Positions 61,155 through 64,000 of a stretch of 64,000 nucleotides of DNA are shown in pieces. Made by a program: the position numbers and the translations under genes. Each line of letters starts with the position of its first letter. The stretch's first letter is position 1. Below the pieces are notes generated by a model. It did no database searches. It was not told the DNA's origin and worked only from the letters and a program-made list of their open reading frames with translations. Source of the stretch: the human T2T-CHM13v2.0 reference genome, Homo sapiens; assembly GCF_009914755.1 (NCBI RefSeq), contig NC_060933.1, one strand, 5' to 3'.

Positions 61155-62154
61155 GTAGTTTGTATTTCTGTGTGGTCAGTGGTGATATACCCTTTATCAT
61201 TTTATGTTGTCTGTTTGATTCTTCTCTCTTTTCTTCATTAGTCTAGCTGGTAGTCTATTTTGTTAATTTTTTCAAAAAGCCAGCTCCTAGATTCATTGAT
61301 TTTTTGAAGGGTTTTTTTGTGTCTCTATCTCCTTCAGTTCTGCTCTGATCTTAGTTATCTTTTGTCTTCTGCTCGCTTTTGGATTTGTTTGCTCTTGCTT
61401 CTCTAGCTCTTTTAATTGTGATGTTAAGGTATCAGTTTGAGATCTTTCTAGCTTTCTGATATGGGCATTTAGTGCTGTAAATTTCCCTCTTAACACTGCT
61501 TTAGCTGTGTCCCAGAGATTCTGGTACGCTGTCTCTTTTTTCTCATTTGTTTCAAATAACTTCTTGATTTCTGCTTTAATTTCACTATTTACTCAAGAGT
61601 CATTCAGGAGCAGGTTGTTCAGTTTCCATGTAGTCGTGTGGTTTTGAGTGAGTTTCTTAATCCTGAGTTCTAATTTGATTGTACTGTGGTCTGAGAGACT
61701 GTTTGTTATGATTTCCCTTCTTTTGCATTTGCTGAGGAGTGTTTTACTTCCAATTATGTGGTTGATTTTTGAATAAGTGCCATGTGGCACTGAGAAGAAT
61801 GTATATTCTGTTGATTTGGGGTGGAGAGGATGAAGCTGGAAGCCATCATCCTCAGCAAACTAACACCGGAACAGAATACCGAACACTGCATGTTCTCACT
61901 CATAAGTAGGAGTTGAACAATGAGAACACATGGACACAGTAAGGGGAACAACACACAACAGGGCCAGTTAGCAGGTAGGGGGCAAGGGGAGGGAGAGCAT
62001 TAAGACAAATAGCAAATGTATGTGGGGCTTAAAACCTAGATGACGGGTTGACAGGTCCAACAAACCACCATGGCACATATATACCTATGTAACAAACCTA
62101 CACATTCTGCACTTGTATCTCAGAACCTAAAGTAAAATTTAAAAAAATAATAAA
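61155..62154 (+). mobile_element. Twin-primed (5'-inverted) L1PA (about PA8)
   Basis: Antisense ORF2 piece 61155-61828 joined to sense 3' end 61829-62154; TSD acagaagcagRct. Confidence 0.88.
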
Positions 62155-62558
62155 TACAGAAGCAGACTAAAGGCCTATCACAGTCAGACTGTTTAAAGCC
62201 AATCATGAAGAACAAATCTTGAAAGAAGGTTTTAAAAAACAACGCTTTTTATACAAGGGAGCAGCAATACAATTGATGGCTGATTCTTAACAGAAACTAT
62301 AAGGAGAGGATAAAAAAAGAGTGAAGTTACATCTTTAAAGTGCCAAAGGAAAAAAATATTGGTCAACTCATATTATATATCCAACAAAAGTATAATTCAA
62401 GAATGAAGGCAAAATATACTTTTTCAGACACAAAAAACTAAAAGAATTCATTGCCTGCAAACCTATATTAAAAGAAATAGTAAATGAAATTCTTTAGGAG
62501 GAAGAGAAATAATACCAGATGCAAATTTGAATCCTCTGAAAAGAATAAAGACTAATAA

Positions 62559-62855
62559 GGGCTGGACACATTGGCTCACGCCTGTAATCTCAGCACTTTT
62601 GGAGGCCAAGGTGGGAGGATCACGAGGTCAGGAGTTCCAGACCAGCCTGGCCAACATGGTGAAACCCTGTCACTACCAAAAATACAAAAATTTGCTGGCC
62701 GTGATGGTGCACGCCTGTAATTCCAGCTATATGGGAGGCTGAGGCAGGAGAATCATTTGAACCTGAGAGGCAGAGGTCACAGGGAGCCAAGATCGCACCA
62801 CTGCACTCATTCCAGCCTGGGCAATAGAGTGAGACTCTGTCTCAAAAAAATAAAA
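62559..62855 (+). mobile_element. AluS (Sg-like)
   Basis: Dimer; TSD aataaagactaataa at 62544-62558 and 62856-62870. Confidence 0.93.
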
Positions 62856-63044
62856 AATAAAGACTAATAAAAATGGTAAATATCAGAATAAATGTGAATG
62901 ACTAACTTTTGTTTACTTTTGTTTGTCTTAATTTCTTTCTACATTGTTTAAGAATTTAAAATAAAATTATACCTTTTTCAACATTACTGTGAACCTAAAA
63001 CTGCTCTTAAAAAAAAACATTGCCTTCTGAGATTTATAACATGT

Positions 63045-63122
63045 GTAGGTGGGAAGAGTACTTGAGGCCAGGAATTCAAATCTAGCCTGGGCAACATAGT
63101 GAAACCCTGCCTTAAAAAAAAG
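63045..63122 (+). mobile_element. Alu left-monomer/FLAM fragment
   Basis: cttgaggccaggaattcaaatctagcctgggcaacatagtgaaaccctg followed by an A run. Confidence 0.7.
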
Positions 63123-63246
63123 ATCCTGACTTAATGTTTGGTAATACAGTCCACCAAAATATTAATTACATTATATATTAATGAAGTAAAGACTCTAATT
63201 AGAAGACAGAGTTTGTCAAAAACTACTAAGAAAAAAACAAACAAAA

Positions 63247-63878
63247 ACTTCTCAAAAGAAGACATTCGTGTGGCCAACAAACCTATGAAAAGTCAGCATC
63301 ACTAATCATTAGAGAAAAGCAAATCAAAACCACAAGGAGATACCATCTCACACCAGTCAGAATGGTAATTATTTTTAAAAAGCCCAGAAACAACAGATGC
63401 TGAAGAGGTTGAGGACAAAAAGGAACACTTTTACACTGTTAGTGGGAGTGTAAATTAGTTCAACCATTGTGGAAGACAGTGTGGCAATTCCTCAAAGACC
63501 TAGAGACAGAAACACCATTTGACCCAGCAATCCCATTACTAGGTATATACGCAAAGTAATATAAATCATCCTATTATAAAGATACATGCATGTGTATGTT
63601 CATTGCAGCACTATTCACAATAGTGAAGACATGGAATCAACCCAAATGCCCATCAATGATAGAATGGATAAAGAAAATTTGGTACATATACACCGTGGAA
63701 TACTATGCAGCCATAAAAAGGAATGAGATTATGTCCTTTTCAGGGACATGGATGGAGTTGGAAGCCGTTATCCTCAGTCAACTAACACAGGAACAGAAAA
63801 CCAAATACCACATGTTCTCACTTATAAGTGGGAGCTGAACAATGAGAACACATGGACACATGTTGGGAAAAACAACAA
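63247..63878 (+). mobile_element. L1PA (about PA8-10) 3' fragment, ending inside the 3'UTR
   Basis: cttctcaaaagaagacatt...ORF2 C-terminus ...FSLISGS*; no poly(A). Confidence 0.88.
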
Positions 63879-64000
63879 TTTCTCATATCTTAGAGGAAGA
63901 AGTTGCTTATTTATTTTCACTTTGATTCTCAGCCTTTCTTATTTACACTGCGTGATCCTGATGAGCTCTCATAGTCTCTCAGCCTCTGTTATATTAATAT

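Larger units (their letters stand above)
59010..62960 (+). mobile_element. Ancient L1M (L1MC/MD/ME-type) 5'UTR and ORF1, interrupted by three Alus and an L1PA
   Basis: ORF1-like taataaagattttaaagt...aactaaatggaaaatcaagaactgaaa...ggtaattggcatactagaaggag...tatccaacaaaagtataattcaagaatgaaggc. Confidence 0.7.

Overview
Primate (very probably human or great-ape) nuclear DNA: AT-rich, gene-poor and, by eye, roughly two-thirds transposable-element derived. I found no recognisable host protein-coding exon, RNA gene or CRISPR-like array. All long ORFs in the track come from decayed LINE-1 ORF1/ORF2/ORF0, the MaLR (THE1) internal ORF, GC-rich MER52 LTRs or Alus. The centrepiece is a complete THE1B-type MaLR provirus (11292-19960, minus strand, exact CTGGG target-site duplication (TSD)) whose 5' LTR is split by a full-length, inactivated L1PA6-like element. 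That L1 appears to carry flanks of its source locus, a foreign 125-bp L1 patch and an ORF0 aimed into the LTR poly(A) signal. The rest is layered L1 (two twin-primed insertions), Alu, MIR/L2, LTRs (MLT1D, MLT2D, MLT2A1, MSTA, MER52, MER31/67-like, LTR16) and DNA transposons (MER2, MER47, Tigger3, Zaphod). I cannot support a novel multi-gene system here; the interesting signal is retrotransposition and repair architecture plus possible TE-built regulatory units. Subfamily names are recalled from consensus sequences, not from a RepeatMasker run.
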